This document shows, piece after piece, positions 1 to 9,719 of a stretch of 38,939 bases of DNA. The stretch is from a virus (Duplodnaviria > Caudoviricetes): positions 1 through 38,939 of the IMG/VR virus record IMGVR_UViG_3300037483_000543; one strand, 5' to 3'. The stretch's first letter is position 1. Each line of letters begins with the position of its first letter. The position numbers and the translations under genes are program-made. The notes beneath the pieces were generated by a model that saw only the letters and a program-made list of their open reading frames with translations, had not been told where the DNA came from and searched no databases.

Positions 1-150
1 ATCGAATAGTTTTTCAGTCTTTAAAACAGACATTATTTTTCCTTTCCAAAATCATACTGTTCAAAAACAATATCATTTTCTTGATCTGGATGCTTTTTAT
101 TGTGATCAAATTCTCCGTACCAAATCGCCAATGGGATTGATGTTTTTACT
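1..150. repeat. Terminal direct repeat (circular assembly overlap), copy 1
   Basis: Matches 38790-38939 except 4 mismatches near the contig end (positions 127, 141, 148, 150). The TAA of ORF 33-242 overlaps the ATG of ORF 38232-38822 across the junction. Confidence 0.95.
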
Positions 151-242
151 GGACTTTCCCCTGCCCTTTTCGGTCCCGGAAAAGCTTTACAATATCGATC
201 GACAATCCAGTGTTTGCAATTTAAACATTGTGTTGACATCAT
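33..242 (-). CDS. Small Cys-rich protein downstream of the MuF-peptidase fusion (candidate immunity/partner protein)
   Basis: CLNCKH...CKAFP...IPLAIWYGEFDH motif; ATGA overlap with the MuF gene; this position is typical of MuF toxin partners. Confidence 0.65.
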   Translation of the reverse strand: MMSTQCLNCKHWIVDRYCKAFPGPKRAGESPVKTSIPLAIWYGEFDHNKKHPDQENDIVFEQYDFGKEK

Positions 243-1819
243 TTGTTTTTCATTTCCTTAAATATGTTTTCTAAAATTGTGGTTAATTCAGCCGGTAAAG
301 CATCTTTTTCCATGAAATACATGTTAAAAATTTCAGCGAAAAACTCATTATCTTTTGTCATTCCATATTGAGACACCTTCGATCCGTAATTTGGTATATC
401 ATTTCTGTATTTATAATACATAGATGATATTTGTTTTCTCAATTCGTCTAATCTTGGGGTGTTAAATTTCGCCAATCTAAACCCCATGTTTATATGTCCA
501 AAGACTTGATCGTCCAGGACATGACCGAATTCATGCGTAATAGTTGATTCAATTTCCTTTCCCAACGGTGTCACATTCCAGCGTTTATGTTTAATAGCAA
601 TTTCAAGCTGTGTTAAATATCTTTGTTCACGAAAAGATAATGCATCGCCCGCCGCTTTTTTCTTTAAATAAAATTTTAAGTTTTCTTTTGATCGCTGGAT
701 ATATCCATCAGTCACATCAAAGTGTTGTTTACCGATTCGAGAATTGAAAAATGATTTCCGGGAAAGATTCAATGTTTTGCCATTTGCTGAAGCCCATTTT
801 TTTAGAAATGAGCCGGTGTAAATATTATATAATGGATCCAGGTTGCTAAATTCTTTTTGTAGTTCCAAAAGTCTTTTATTAATTCTATTTGCCTGATCCA
901 AGGGTATTCCTTTATATGATACCTTTGAAGTTGCGATATTGTTTTCAAGTGCAAAGTTTTGCGCGGCTTCAATTGTTCTTGCCTCAACGAATCCCGATGC
1001 ATCTGGTTTCGGGACCGCCTTCGCTGTAGGTCGTTTTGGTATAATTATTTTTTTCCGGGTTCGTGCTTTTTGATTAGCTTTTCCTAGTGCCCGGATGTCC
1101 CAAAATCCACGGCAATTAAACCCGCCTTGATCTTCAAAGGTGTATTCCGGTCCAAGTGCGCCCGCATTTATTTGACTAATTGTTAAACCTTCGGGGTTTT
1201 CTTGCTGAAGCTTAATCGCTAATAAACACCGGTCACGTGTTACCTGATCCTCTGGATGTACTAATAAATATCTAGTTTCGGGGTAATCACTAAACACACG
1301 CGCAAGTCCGACATTTGCGAATCTGGTAAAGGACTGATTAAGTGCCGCATTCATCCAGGACGTATGAAAGGTGATTCCCTTGTCTCGAATTTGTGGAAGT
1401 AAAATATTAGCGATTTCTTCTTTTGGTCTGTTAGTTAAAATAGTTTTTGCAATTTCTGATCGCATTTCTTCCGAAAACATTTCCGCCCGCCTAAGAATCG
1501 TACTGAGATCCAGATCGGATAAATATACAAGCTTATCAATATCAACCCCGACCAGATCGATCTTAAATTCGGTTGCTGTTTTAACGACATCTCTTAAAGC
1601 TGTATCATACTGAATTGATAGTTTTTTAATCGCACTGGACAATCCCCGCGATTGAAGGTCTGTAAAAAATTTATATTGTTTGATTACTTCGAAAAGTTCA
1701 TCGTTGGAAAGCTTATCAGTGAGGATGATTTTCTGAATATTTGCAATCATCTTTTTTTCAGCCGATCCAATTTCCTTAAAAAATAATTCGACCGCCCGCG
1801 CCCTTTCGTCCGGTGTCAT
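239..1819 (-). CDS. Minor head protein (MuF/SPP1 gp7-like) fused to a C-terminal zincin metallopeptidase domain
   Basis: Directly follows portal. D-x2-TR-x2-C...GGFNCR motif of MuF-like proteins, basic linker, then HEFGH (HExxH) and SQYG...EFFAE. Confidence 0.8.
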   Translation of the reverse strand: MTPDERARAVELFFKEIGSAEKKMIANIQKIILTDKLSNDELFEVIKQYKFFTDLQSRGLSSAIKKLSIQYDTALRDVVKTATEFKIDLVGVDIDKLVYLSDLDLSTILRRAEMFSEEMRSEIAKTILTNRPKEEIANILLPQIRDKGITFHTSWMNAALNQSFTRFANVGLARVFSDYPETRYLLVHPEDQVTRDRCLLAIKLQQENPEGLTISQINAGALGPEYTFEDQGGFNCRGFWDIRALGKANQKARTRKKIIIPKRPTAKAVPKPDASGFVEARTIEAAQNFALENNIATSKVSYKGIPLDQANRINKRLLELQKEFSNLDPLYNIYTGSFLKKWASANGKTLNLSRKSFFNSRIGKQHFDVTDGYIQRSKENLKFYLKKKAAGDALSFREQRYLTQLEIAIKHKRWNVTPLGKEIESTITHEFGHVLDDQVFGHINMGFRLAKFNTPRLDELRKQISSMYYKYRNDIPNYGSKVSQYGMTKDNEFFAEIFNMYFMEKDALPAELTTILENIFKEMKNK

Positions 1820-3249
1820 TCTATGCCTATAATATTATCAATACGTTTTTGTGTATTGCCTTCAGCTTCAAAAAATGCTAAAAGTTCTGCATTGTTTTCT
1901 TGACGGTCTTTTTTCTTTTCAAGGATTTCAATTGCTTCAGCTTCATCAACTTCATAATATTTTATGATCAAATCGATGATATCCAGAACATTATTTTCTA
2001 ATTGGAACTTTAAGTCCTCCCTGATTTCTTGATTTGACGGTCTACTTTCAGGCATGCGGTATTTAATCGCAAACTCCCCGGTTTCGTTAAGTTTTTGTCC
2101 TTTAATATTTCCCTGTGAAACATTCCAATTATAGATCGTGCGTATTTTTTGCAGTAATTTAATTTCGACCGGGTAGACTAAAGCTATATTATTCCGCCTT
2201 TGTTCCAGGATCATTGTTTCATCTTTTTCCTTTGATACGCCGGACTGTGCTGTTTCTTCAGTTGATGCGGCTGAACCAACTATCCCCCTTGACCTTAATG
2301 ATGACTTGATCCGCCAATCGACACCGTCCCTTTGATCCCCAAAATCGACATCGTTTGTCACGTAACCAAGTGAAACCTGTTTGTTTGGATCATCATGTTT
2401 TGTCTGAATGAGAATTCCGGGACCGATGCTTTGATTGAGTCCGATGTTTGTATTAATACCGTGTAGAAATCCATTCCGGGTTAAGATTTCAGCATTATCA
2501 AGATCACTCAATTTCAAGTCGATAGCGATTTGATTTAAATACAAATTCCAATCCGGTTCGCCGTAAAAGTCTAATCCTTTCTTTATTCGTAAAACTTCGA
2601 ACGGTAAAATTTTATATGGATTAGTTTTGTTTTTTGAACCTTCGACCGGTACAGCCTTATCCTTTTCATTAATCATATAATGCTCCGTATCGCTCCAATA
2701 GATCAAAATTGGATTGTTTTCTCTGTCAACACGTTCGATCATTATTTTATCTAATCGATGATAAGATACTTTTGTTTTTACAGCAAACTGATCAGGTGTT
2801 AAAATGTCGATATCAAGTGTTTTGTCACGTGCAACAGGATGAAGAACAACAGTATTAAAAAAAATTGCCGTCTGTAAAGCTTCTTTCATAACATTATTAA
2901 AATTAGTCATTTCAAGAACTTCAGATAAATTATCGTCCGTTTTATAGCGCCCGCCTTCATAAATACGAAGTTCCCTGATTGGATCTTCATCATATATCCC
3001 GGCTGTAAGTCGTGAAGTAGTGTTTTGAATAATATCTTGGTGTTGAATAACCATGTAATCAAGGCTTGACTTGTTTTCGTTTGCGGGATCGGTTCGGAAT
3101 GGTTTGTTTTTATAAGTTTCTTTTACAATATCCTTCAAACGGTCATAATCTCCGTCCCAAAAAACCCGGAAATTTTCAAAAAGTTCCTGCTTTTCAAGTT
3201 CCCATTCTTTCATTGAATCTAAATAAATCTTTCTCATTATTTCAGACAT
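1816..3249 (-). CDS. Portal protein
   Basis: About 477 aa, between TerL and MuF; AQSGVSK motif near the C-terminal third. Start moved to ATG 3249 because a GGGGGGAA RBS precedes it. Confidence 0.85.
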   Translation of the reverse strand: MSEIMRKIYLDSMKEWELEKQELFENFRVFWDGDYDRLKDIVKETYKNKPFRTDPANENKSSLDYMVIQHQDIIQNTTSRLTAGIYDEDPIRELRIYEGGRYKTDDNLSEVLEMTNFNNVMKEALQTAIFFNTVVLHPVARDKTLDIDILTPDQFAVKTKVSYHRLDKIMIERVDRENNPILIYWSDTEHYMINEKDKAVPVEGSKNKTNPYKILPFEVLRIKKGLDFYGEPDWNLYLNQIAIDLKLSDLDNAEILTRNGFLHGINTNIGLNQSIGPGILIQTKHDDPNKQVSLGYVTNDVDFGDQRDGVDWRIKSSLRSRGIVGSAASTEETAQSGVSKEKDETMILEQRRNNIALVYPVEIKLLQKIRTIYNWNVSQGNIKGQKLNETGEFAIKYRMPESRPSNQEIREDLKFQLENNVLDIIDLIIKYYEVDEAEAIEILEKKKDRQENNAELLAFFEAEGNTQKRIDNIIGIE

Positions 3250-3311
3250 ATTCCCCCCGATGGTAAATTTTAGGGTTAATAATTCTTTCAAGTCCATGAA
3301 GGTTTGTTGTG

Positions 3312-3342
3312 CAAAAATATCAAGTTTTGGCAGTTAATCAAA
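3312..3342 (-). promoter_or_regulatory. Putative promoter upstream of portal, TTTG-N19-TATTTTTG
   Basis: Matches the Bacteroidota-type housekeeping consensus TTTG-N19-21-TAnnTTTG. Confidence 0.5.
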
Positions 3343-3348
3343 TTTTAG

Positions 3349-3558
3349 TTAATCGCATATTTGCAATTCAAAAGGTAAAAATGTTTTACAATCGCCCTCT
3401 GAATCAGAAACCAAAACGGAATAATGATCAACTTGATTATCTTTGATCTTAAGCAGTATGAATTGTATAACAAAGAATTTCTTTTCGGGTTCCAACACTG
3501 AACAAACTGTTTGACCGATCTTGAATTCAGTTTCAAAAAGGATAGAATTTTTATGCAT
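3349..3558 (-). CDS. Hypothetical protein (69 aa)
   Basis: ATG at 3558 overlaps the TerL stop; FKIGQTV motif is common in small phage beta-barrel proteins. Confidence 0.6.
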   Translation of the reverse strand: MHKNSILFETEFKIGQTVCSVLEPEKKFFVIQFILLKIKDNQVDHYSVLVSDSEGDCKTFLPFELQICD

Positions 3559-4885
3559 TGACGCCCCGAATTTCTGAAGTTCCTTCGCCTTCAACAGGAA
3601 ACCTATAATCATTATAATAATCGACCGACCGGCAATTATGAGTCAATAACGGATTTTTATCATCCAGTTCAAAACCGTTTTCTTTCCAGCGCGTTTTCGT
3701 TAAATCTTCAATTAAAGGTTTGCAGTTTTCAGGATCCACGAATTGCCGCCGTTGATTTAGTGCATTGCAAAATCTTGCATTTGTCGATCCAACACTAAGC
3801 CTGATTGATCGTGTCGGTTTTATGAACAGTTTAAAATTACAAATATTTACAAACATTCTTTTAATAATATCCCAATCGGTTAAGCTTGAGTTTGATGTTT
3901 TACTATCCCCGGAATAATCTCCATAAAAATATAAAGTCAATTTCCTGTCATAGGACCGAAACCCCGGAAAAAGTTTATCCAGGTATTTAATTAAAACATT
4001 GCACATTACAAGTGTATTTGTGAATTGATGTGAAAGTGACTTAATCCAGTATGTTACTACTTCTGTCTGTTCGACCGTTTCTTGACCGATTGTCCATGAC
4101 ATCGGCTTTTCGGTTGCGTTAAAATCACATGTAATAATGATAGGTTGCTCCGGGTTAACATGTGGAAGTTTTTTATTATTTATGACCGAATATCCATAGT
4201 ATGGAGAACCGCCAAAGGTGTCGAAGTCGGCTTTATATTCGCGGTTATAATCAAGATCCGATAAGTCGTGTTTCGCTTGCGAAATCTGAATTTCATCAAG
4301 TATATCCTCGGCTGTCCAGTGATACGATGTCCAGCCCGGATCTTTATTGACGCCGTTCATGTAAAAATCAAATAAATGGTTCTTTCCGAATGGTCGCCCT
4401 TCAAAAAGTCCAAATCCTTTTGAGTCAATGATCATCGGTTGCAGGGATTGAGTAAATGATTTTGGATCACATTGCTGAAATTCCGTAATTCCGACGACAT
4501 CCGCCCGCGTACCTTCAACGCGCTGAAATTCTTTTAATCCAATCACGGTTATTGTAGTTCCGTTAAATAATTTTATTGTAAGTTCTGTTTCCGAAATATC
4601 TTTTATAAAAATTTGCCTGATTAAACCTTTGAGATCATCCCAAAATATTTTTTTTGCCTGAAGTCGAGTCGGTGCGCCTAAAATGATAATTTTATTATCA
4701 TGCTGAAATCCGTAAATAACCATAAACCTTTTAAGAAATCTTTCTGTTTTGAACGATCGCCGCCCCGCAACTATTGTAAAATATGTGCCCGATTTATTCA
4801 GTAAATCATATTTTACTTTTGTTTGTATCGGATGCGATAAAGCCTTTGGATTAATATCAAACCAGCGCGGAGTAAAAAGATTCAT
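3551..4885 (-). CDS. terL: Terminase large subunit
   Basis: Walker A-like AGRRSFKT, APTxxQAK motif, Walker B-like VVGITE, REYKADF, nuclease CDFN and YGDYSG; upstream of portal. Confidence 0.92.
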   Translation of the reverse strand: MNLFTPRWFDINPKALSHPIQTKVKYDLLNKSGTYFTIVAGRRSFKTERFLKRFMVIYGFQHDNKIIILGAPTRLQAKKIFWDDLKGLIRQIFIKDISETELTIKLFNGTTITVIGLKEFQRVEGTRADVVGITEFQQCDPKSFTQSLQPMIIDSKGFGLFEGRPFGKNHLFDFYMNGVNKDPGWTSYHWTAEDILDEIQISQAKHDLSDLDYNREYKADFDTFGGSPYYGYSVINNKKLPHVNPEQPIIITCDFNATEKPMSWTIGQETVEQTEVVTYWIKSLSHQFTNTLVMCNVLIKYLDKLFPGFRSYDRKLTLYFYGDYSGDSKTSNSSLTDWDIIKRMFVNICNFKLFIKPTRSIRLSVGSTNARFCNALNQRRQFVDPENCKPLIEDLTKTRWKENGFELDDKNPLLTHNCRSVDYYNDYRFPVEGEGTSEIRGVNA

Positions 4886-5133
4886 ATTAAATATTTTTTA
4901 ATATATCGATTCTCGACATAAATTAATCCGGTCTTACGTCCATAACGACATACGGAAAAAGGGATCCAAAATCGATCTTTGATTTTTCCCTTATTAAGTT
5001 TTATAAATGCCGCCTTTGGACTATTCGCATAAACCGAAATACTATTGTGATCGCCAACCGGTGAAAATTTGTCGTATTCCCGGTACATTTCCGCGATGTT
5101 TTCAACAAACTTATCATAAAATAAATCTTTCAT
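4882..5133 (-). CDS. Hypothetical protein
   Basis: ATGA-coupled on both sides; FWIPFS motif. Confidence 0.65.
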   Translation of the reverse strand: MKDLFYDKFVENIAEMYREYDKFSPVGDHNSISVYANSPKAAFIKLNKGKIKDRFWIPFSVCRYGRKTGLIYVENRYIKKYLI

Positions 5134-5534
5134 GGTTTTATTATTTTCCCTTTTGTTACTTTCATGAGTGTATTAAAAACACTGTTAGCAAACTGGAAAG
5201 CTTCAGCACATTCTTTTTTATTCGTTCCGTAACTTGCGAAACCGAATCTTTGTTGACCGTTTTTTTTATCAAAGTGAAAAATTGCAATCTTATCTTTTTT
5301 ATATTTTTTTGCAAGTTCTTTGCAATCTGGAATATCCGGGTTGCTTTCACCCGGAAATATATTGACCGGTCGTTCGAATATATATCCTGTTTGTTCAAGA
5401 ACATCCAGATGATTTGTCATTGCCTTATTGAATCCATCATTGTAAGACTTAAGATCGGGTGTGTTTTCGGAAATTGCAAAAATTAAATCCAGCAAAGTCT
5501 TTTGGATTCTTTGTGCGTTGTGTGGATCGAGCAT
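5130..5534 (-). CDS. Hypothetical protein
   Basis: GGAG RBS; lies in the packaging operon. Confidence 0.7.
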   Translation of the reverse strand: MLDPHNAQRIQKTLLDLIFAISENTPDLKSYNDGFNKAMTNHLDVLEQTGYIFERPVNIFPGESNPDIPDCKELAKKYKKDKIAIFHFDKKNGQQRFGFASYGTNKKECAEAFQFANSVFNTLMKVTKGKIIKP

Positions 5535-5546
5535 GTTTTTCTCCCT

Positions 5547-6275
5547 TTAAAGTTTTTCAATCATTTGAGTTATTGCAAGCTTCTTCAGTGCATTAAGTTC
5601 CTCATTATCAAGTCCCGTATCACCGGTCCGTGGATCATTACGCCTAAGTCCCCATCGATTCAGCCCCCATAAAGCAATTGCAAACGGTGAAGGTGTGATA
5701 AGTTTTGATGTTTTTGTAACTTCCAAAATAATGTTTTTATTACTTGGGTTTTGAATGTATTTCGGAACATCATTTCTATCCAGGGCGTCAAATTCGGGAT
5801 TCAAAACAAAAGCATCCGGGGGAATTAGTTTTGTTTTTCTTTCGATGTATCTGAAGCCGGTTGCCATCTTAAAAAATGCCTGCCTTACTTTTGAATCAGC
5901 TACAACTTTTCCGCGCTCTAAAGCTTGTTTAATGACCGGATATTTAGCTTTATAATAAGTCAATGTCCTTTCAGCAATTTTCATAAATACCGCAATTTCA
6001 CGATCCGACATTCCTAAACCGGCAAGTTTTTCTATCTGTTTCAAGTTGATGTGATTAATTGAGATTTCGTCCGGTTCAACTTCTTCGATTTCGACATTTG
6101 GATCTTGGGCTTTGGCTGAAGCCTTTACAATTGTTTTTCTTCCCGCGCCTTTGGGATTTTTCCGGGTTTTGGGTGGACTGATTTTTTTGACGATTTTATC
6201 CGATTGCGGCTTTTTAACCGGTTTCCGTTTAGTTGACGGCTTCTTTTTTTTGATCGGCTTATTTGGTTTCTTCAT
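5547..6275 (-). CDS. terS: Terminase small subunit
   Basis: Lys-rich N-terminus, GAGRK, HTH (LAGLGMSDREIAVFMKIAERT), ALERGK..AD..V..A.FK.ATG pattern; upstream of TerL. Confidence 0.85.
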   Translation of the reverse strand: MKKPNKPIKKKKPSTKRKPVKKPQSDKIVKKISPPKTRKNPKGAGRKTIVKASAKAQDPNVEIEEVEPDEISINHINLKQIEKLAGLGMSDREIAVFMKIAERTLTYYKAKYPVIKQALERGKVVADSKVRQAFFKMATGFRYIERKTKLIPPDAFVLNPEFDALDRNDVPKYIQNPSNKNIILEVTKTSKLITPSPFAIALWGLNRWGLRRNDPRTGDTGLDNEELNALKKLAITQMIEKL

Positions 6276-6381
6276 AATTCGACCGGGTTATTATCGGCGA
6301 ATCATGTGCGCCCTTGAAGGGTTCCGATAACAAATTCCATTGTTTACCTTTTTGAAAATCCATTCAGATCGTAAAAATAAC

Positions 6382-6409
6382 AAAAAACCCTGCTTTTCAA
6401 AGCAAGGTT
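6382..6409 (-). terminator. Intrinsic terminator ending the methyltransferase operon
   Basis: Minus strand AACCTTGCTT-loop-AAGCAGGGTT followed by a T tract. Confidence 0.6.
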
Positions 6410-6529
6410 AAGAAAGGTTACACCCCAATTCTTTGATATCAAAGTCAAGAAATATGCATTATTATGAATAAAGTGTCTCGAATGCCGGGGAAAATAGATC
6501 TCAAAATGAATAGTTATTCATTTCCTTTC

Positions 6530-6775
6530 CTAAAATAAACTTTTTTGTTCACCATATTTAGACATCCAAAGATCGAAATGATCCGGGCATACATGTAAAT
6601 TTTTACCAACTTCTTTGGCGCAATCTTCGCACAAATCCAAATCACAAGTTTTTCCGGGACCGATGGGAAAGTCACATTGAAAGTCTGCAAAATGTCCGCA
6701 CTTACAAACATTTATCTTTTTAGATGTACATATAATTCCTTTTATGTCGTCGATATTTAGCATATAACATGGCAT
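6530..6775 (-). CDS. Cys-rich putative zinc-finger protein
   Basis: CxC..CD..TCD...CxxC..CPDH; TAATG coupling to the upstream MTase. Confidence 0.7.
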   Translation of the reverse strand: MPCYMLNIDDIKGIICTSKKINVCKCGHFADFQCDFPIGPGKTCDLDLCEDCAKEVGKNLHVCPDHFDLWMSKYGEQKSLF

Positions 6776-7437
6776 TAAATTACATCCTTATTTAATTTTT
6801 TATAAACTTCAGTAATTAACCAACGCGAATAATTCGGGGGGATTGCCTGTGAAAGTTCACTTCCAATCATCCAGTCAATATTCATTGCAATTTTAGCATC
6901 TTTCATTATATAATCGTTCCCGGTTATAGTCAAAAAAGATGCAAACTCAAATCTTTGTACTAAGCCGCTTTTTCGTTTATCTCTTCTTGTGTGTGTTTTT
7001 CCCCAATGATTACAAGTAAACTGAGGGAACCAAATTTGCGGATATGTTTCAAAATGTCTATGTCTAATAACTCTTAACCCAAACATAGTACCGCAAAGCA
7101 TAATCGGATTAATTAACGGTGCCCCTGGTACATTTTCGATTATAAAAGGTTTGCCGGTTTTTTGGAGTCTGGATCTTATCGGATCAATTATATTAAGTCT
7201 TTGTTTTTTATAAAATCCCTTCAGCTTGGAATAAATTTGACACGGGGGCGAAGCCCAATAAAAATCATAACCGGAAAGATCGAAGGTTAATGCATCCGCC
7301 TGAATAAAATTGAACGGATATCTTTTTTGAAATTCCTTGTCCACGCCGAAAATTTCAGCATCCTGAAAAGCTTGATGCATACCCATTGACGCGCCGCCCG
7401 CCCCGCAAAATAAATCAAGGATTCGAAAAGGTGTCAT
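6775..7437 (-). CDS. C5-cytosine DNA methyltransferase (short orphan type)
   Basis: Motifs LDLFCGAGG (I), ASPPCQ (IV), IIENV (VI), RHRHF (VIII), SQAIPP (X). Confidence 0.9.
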   Translation of the reverse strand: MTPFRILDLFCGAGGASMGMHQAFQDAEIFGVDKEFQKRYPFNFIQADALTFDLSGYDFYWASPPCQIYSKLKGFYKKQRLNIIDPIRSRLQKTGKPFIIENVPGAPLINPIMLCGTMFGLRVIRHRHFETYPQIWFPQFTCNHWGKTHTRRDKRKSGLVQRFEFASFLTITGNDYIMKDAKIAMNIDWMIGSELSQAIPPNYSRWLITEVYKKLNKDVI

Positions 7438-7659
7438 TTAATTTGTTCGTGAAATCATTATTTCGGCGGTTGCTTCAAATAAATTTATTGCATCCTGCCT
7501 TGAAACATTTGTTACATAATGAACATTTTCATAAGCATGCGGTAAAGAAAAAGCTATTGCTATGGCTGGTTTTTCACCTTTGCAAAATTCATCAGAAAAT
7601 AATTTTTCAACTTTCTTAGCAAATTCAGTTAAATTTCCTATGTCACTATATTTTTTCAT
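7438..7659 (-). CDS. Hypothetical protein
   Basis: Operon-coupled ORF. Confidence 0.65.
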   Translation of the reverse strand: MKKYSDIGNLTEFAKKVEKLFSDEFCKGEKPAIAIAFSLPHAYENVHYVTNVSRQDAINLFEATAEIMISRTN

Positions 7660-7955
7660 TTTATCCGCCCAACAAATTTTGTTAATGATTCATAGACTTC
7701 AGGCTCAAGTACAATCCTGTTACTTGGATCATTAGGGAGTCCGTTTTCGGTTGTTAATACAAGTGCATAACCGTCAAATTCTATATATACACTATCTCCG
7801 ATATATTCTTTCATAATGTTTTTTCCGCCTAAGGCTTTTATTAATTGTTCTGCAAAATTCCAAACATCCGAATCGCGTTCAATACAATTGAGATTAAGAT
7901 GTGTGGTAATGGTCTTTAATACTAATTCTTTGTCTAATAACATTTTCATTTTCAT
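7656..7955 (-). CDS. Hypothetical protein (possible internal start at MKEYIGDSVY)
   Basis: ATGA overlaps on both sides. Confidence 0.6.
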   Translation of the reverse strand: MKMKMLLDKELVLKTITTHLNLNCIERDSDVWNFAEQLIKALGGKNIMKEYIGDSVYIEFDGYALVLTTENGLPNDPSNRIVLEPEVYESLTKFVGRIK

Positions 7956-8845
7956 TCTCCTTTTGTTTTGTGAAACATATTAATCTGTGCTTTGTAAGGT
8001 TGTAACCTTCGTTCAGCTATTTGACAATACTCCCGGTTTATTTCGCTTCCGACGTAATTGCGATTCCATTGTATGCAAACAACGGCGGTTGTCCCCGATC
8101 CCATAAATGGATCATATACTAAATCTTTTTCATCGGTGAATGCTTTAATAAAAAACTCCGGGATTCCCAACGGAAACGGTGCCGAATGCCCCACGTTGGT
8201 TGTTTCGCCGGATAGATACAAAACATTTCCGGGCAATGCTAATTCACTTAATTCTTGATCGTTGGTTTTAAATGCACTTTCATTTTGTCTTATTTTTTTT
8301 TGCAAGTTTTTGGATGCGTTTGTAAATCCGCTTCCAGTGTTACTAATTAATTTGTGTGAATCTTTATGACGCATTGCCCTTTCAATACTCACTTGTTTAG
8401 CTGGTTTTGCTACGGATTGCGGTCTAAATTTTATATTAATTTGTTTTGCAAAATGATAACAAAATTCCCAACTATCTTTAAACCTATTCATATATTTTCC
8501 CGGCGGCGCTGTTTTCTTATGCCATATAAATGGATCTATAAACTTAAAACCTATTTCACGTTTTAACATTATTGGTAACTCAAAAGTGTAAAGGTGCGTT
8601 TCTCCGTTTATTGTATTATCTCCGATGTTCAATATAAAACTTCCATTATCTGCCAACACTTTATAAATTTCTTTTGCTATTGGCTTAAACCATTCAACAT
8701 ATTCATCCGGCGGAATTCCTCCATAGGTTTTGTTTCTTGCTTCAGCATAAGGCGGCGAAGTCATTATTAAATTCACACTACCCGGCTCCATCCTTCGCAT
8801 CGTGTCGAGATTACTTTCATTGTAGATTCGATTAAGTTCTATCAT
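7952..8845 (-). CDS. Amino (N4-C/N6-A) DNA methyltransferase, beta class
   Basis: TSPPY catalytic motif, HSAPFP, DPFMGSGTT SAM motif. Confidence 0.92.
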   Translation of the reverse strand: MIELNRIYNESNLDTMRRMEPGSVNLIMTSPPYAEARNKTYGGIPPDEYVEWFKPIAKEIYKVLADNGSFILNIGDNTINGETHLYTFELPIMLKREIGFKFIDPFIWHKKTAPPGKYMNRFKDSWEFCYHFAKQINIKFRPQSVAKPAKQVSIERAMRHKDSHKLISNTGSGFTNASKNLQKKIRQNESAFKTNDQELSELALPGNVLYLSGETTNVGHSAPFPLGIPEFFIKAFTDEKDLVYDPFMGSGTTAVVCIQWNRNYVGSEINREYCQIAERRLQPYKAQINMFHKTKGE

Positions 8846-9719
8846 CCGGCAATTCCTGTTTAGGAAATGGAAATGTTTGTTCGTTAGTGTTTTCCGGGTG
8901 TTTCTCTATAATAAACGGCGTCCAGAAATTCGGTTCCTTAAGTTCCTTGGTCAATCTCTTTTGGGAAAGCTTAAAATATTTCTGATCTTTCTCTACAACT
9001 ATAAAATTCCTGTGACTTCTAAATGCCGCTATTGCAGTCGTCCCGGATCCGCCAAAGCCGTCAAATATTGTATCGCCCTCATTTGTATATGTTCTAATCA
9101 AATACTCAAACAATAGTGAAGGTTTGCGCGTTGGATGTTTAAAGCCGTCATACGTTTCTGTGTTTCGGTTTGGAAAAGTAATAACGTCAATTGGATGTTT
9201 TAAGCCGGTACCGGTCATTAAACTAGATGTTGTTTTTACATTATAATGATTGTCAATCGATTCTTTTGTTTTTGTGATCTTTCTATCCTTGCCGCCAATA
9301 GGATCCCTTTTCAAACTTAATTCGGTTCGTGATGTCGGTATGGGATTAAATGTAAAATCTGCAACAGGTGAAAAGATTAAGATTGCTTCCTGTGTTTTAA
9401 GCGGTCGGTTTTGTAAGTTCATAAAGTTCGAGCCGTTGACCTTGTACCAGATCCATTCATATCGAAACATCTTTCGATTGCCATTGATTAGATCGGTTGT
9501 GAAGGGTTGTGAAGCTGTTAAGGCAATAACGCCCTTTGGTTTTAAAACTCGTAATCTTGATTTCCAATAATTTTCAATATCGATTTTTTCATCCCATTCG
9601 CAAGCGGTCATATTATAACACATATCTTCCAGAAAAAAATCGATGGAATGTTCAGGAAATTCTTTAATGAATTCAAACGAATCAGCAAAATGAATTTGAT
9701 TAAGAAGTTTTGATATCAT
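8832..9719 (-). CDS. Amino (probably N6-A) DNA methyltransferase, beta class, with an atypical catalytic motif
   Basis: DMCY in place of DPPY/DLPY; RYEWIWYK, HPTRKP, DGFGGSGTT. Confidence 0.85.
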   Translation of the reverse strand: MISKLLNQIHFADSFEFIKEFPEHSIDFFLEDMCYNMTACEWDEKIDIENYWKSRLRVLKPKGVIALTASQPFTTDLINGNRKMFRYEWIWYKVNGSNFMNLQNRPLKTQEAILIFSPVADFTFNPIPTSRTELSLKRDPIGGKDRKITKTKESIDNHYNVKTTSSLMTGTGLKHPIDVITFPNRNTETYDGFKHPTRKPSLLFEYLIRTYTNEGDTIFDGFGGSGTTAIAAFRSHRNFIVVEKDQKYFKLSQKRLTKELKEPNFWTPFIIEKHPENTNEQTFPFPKQELPDDRT

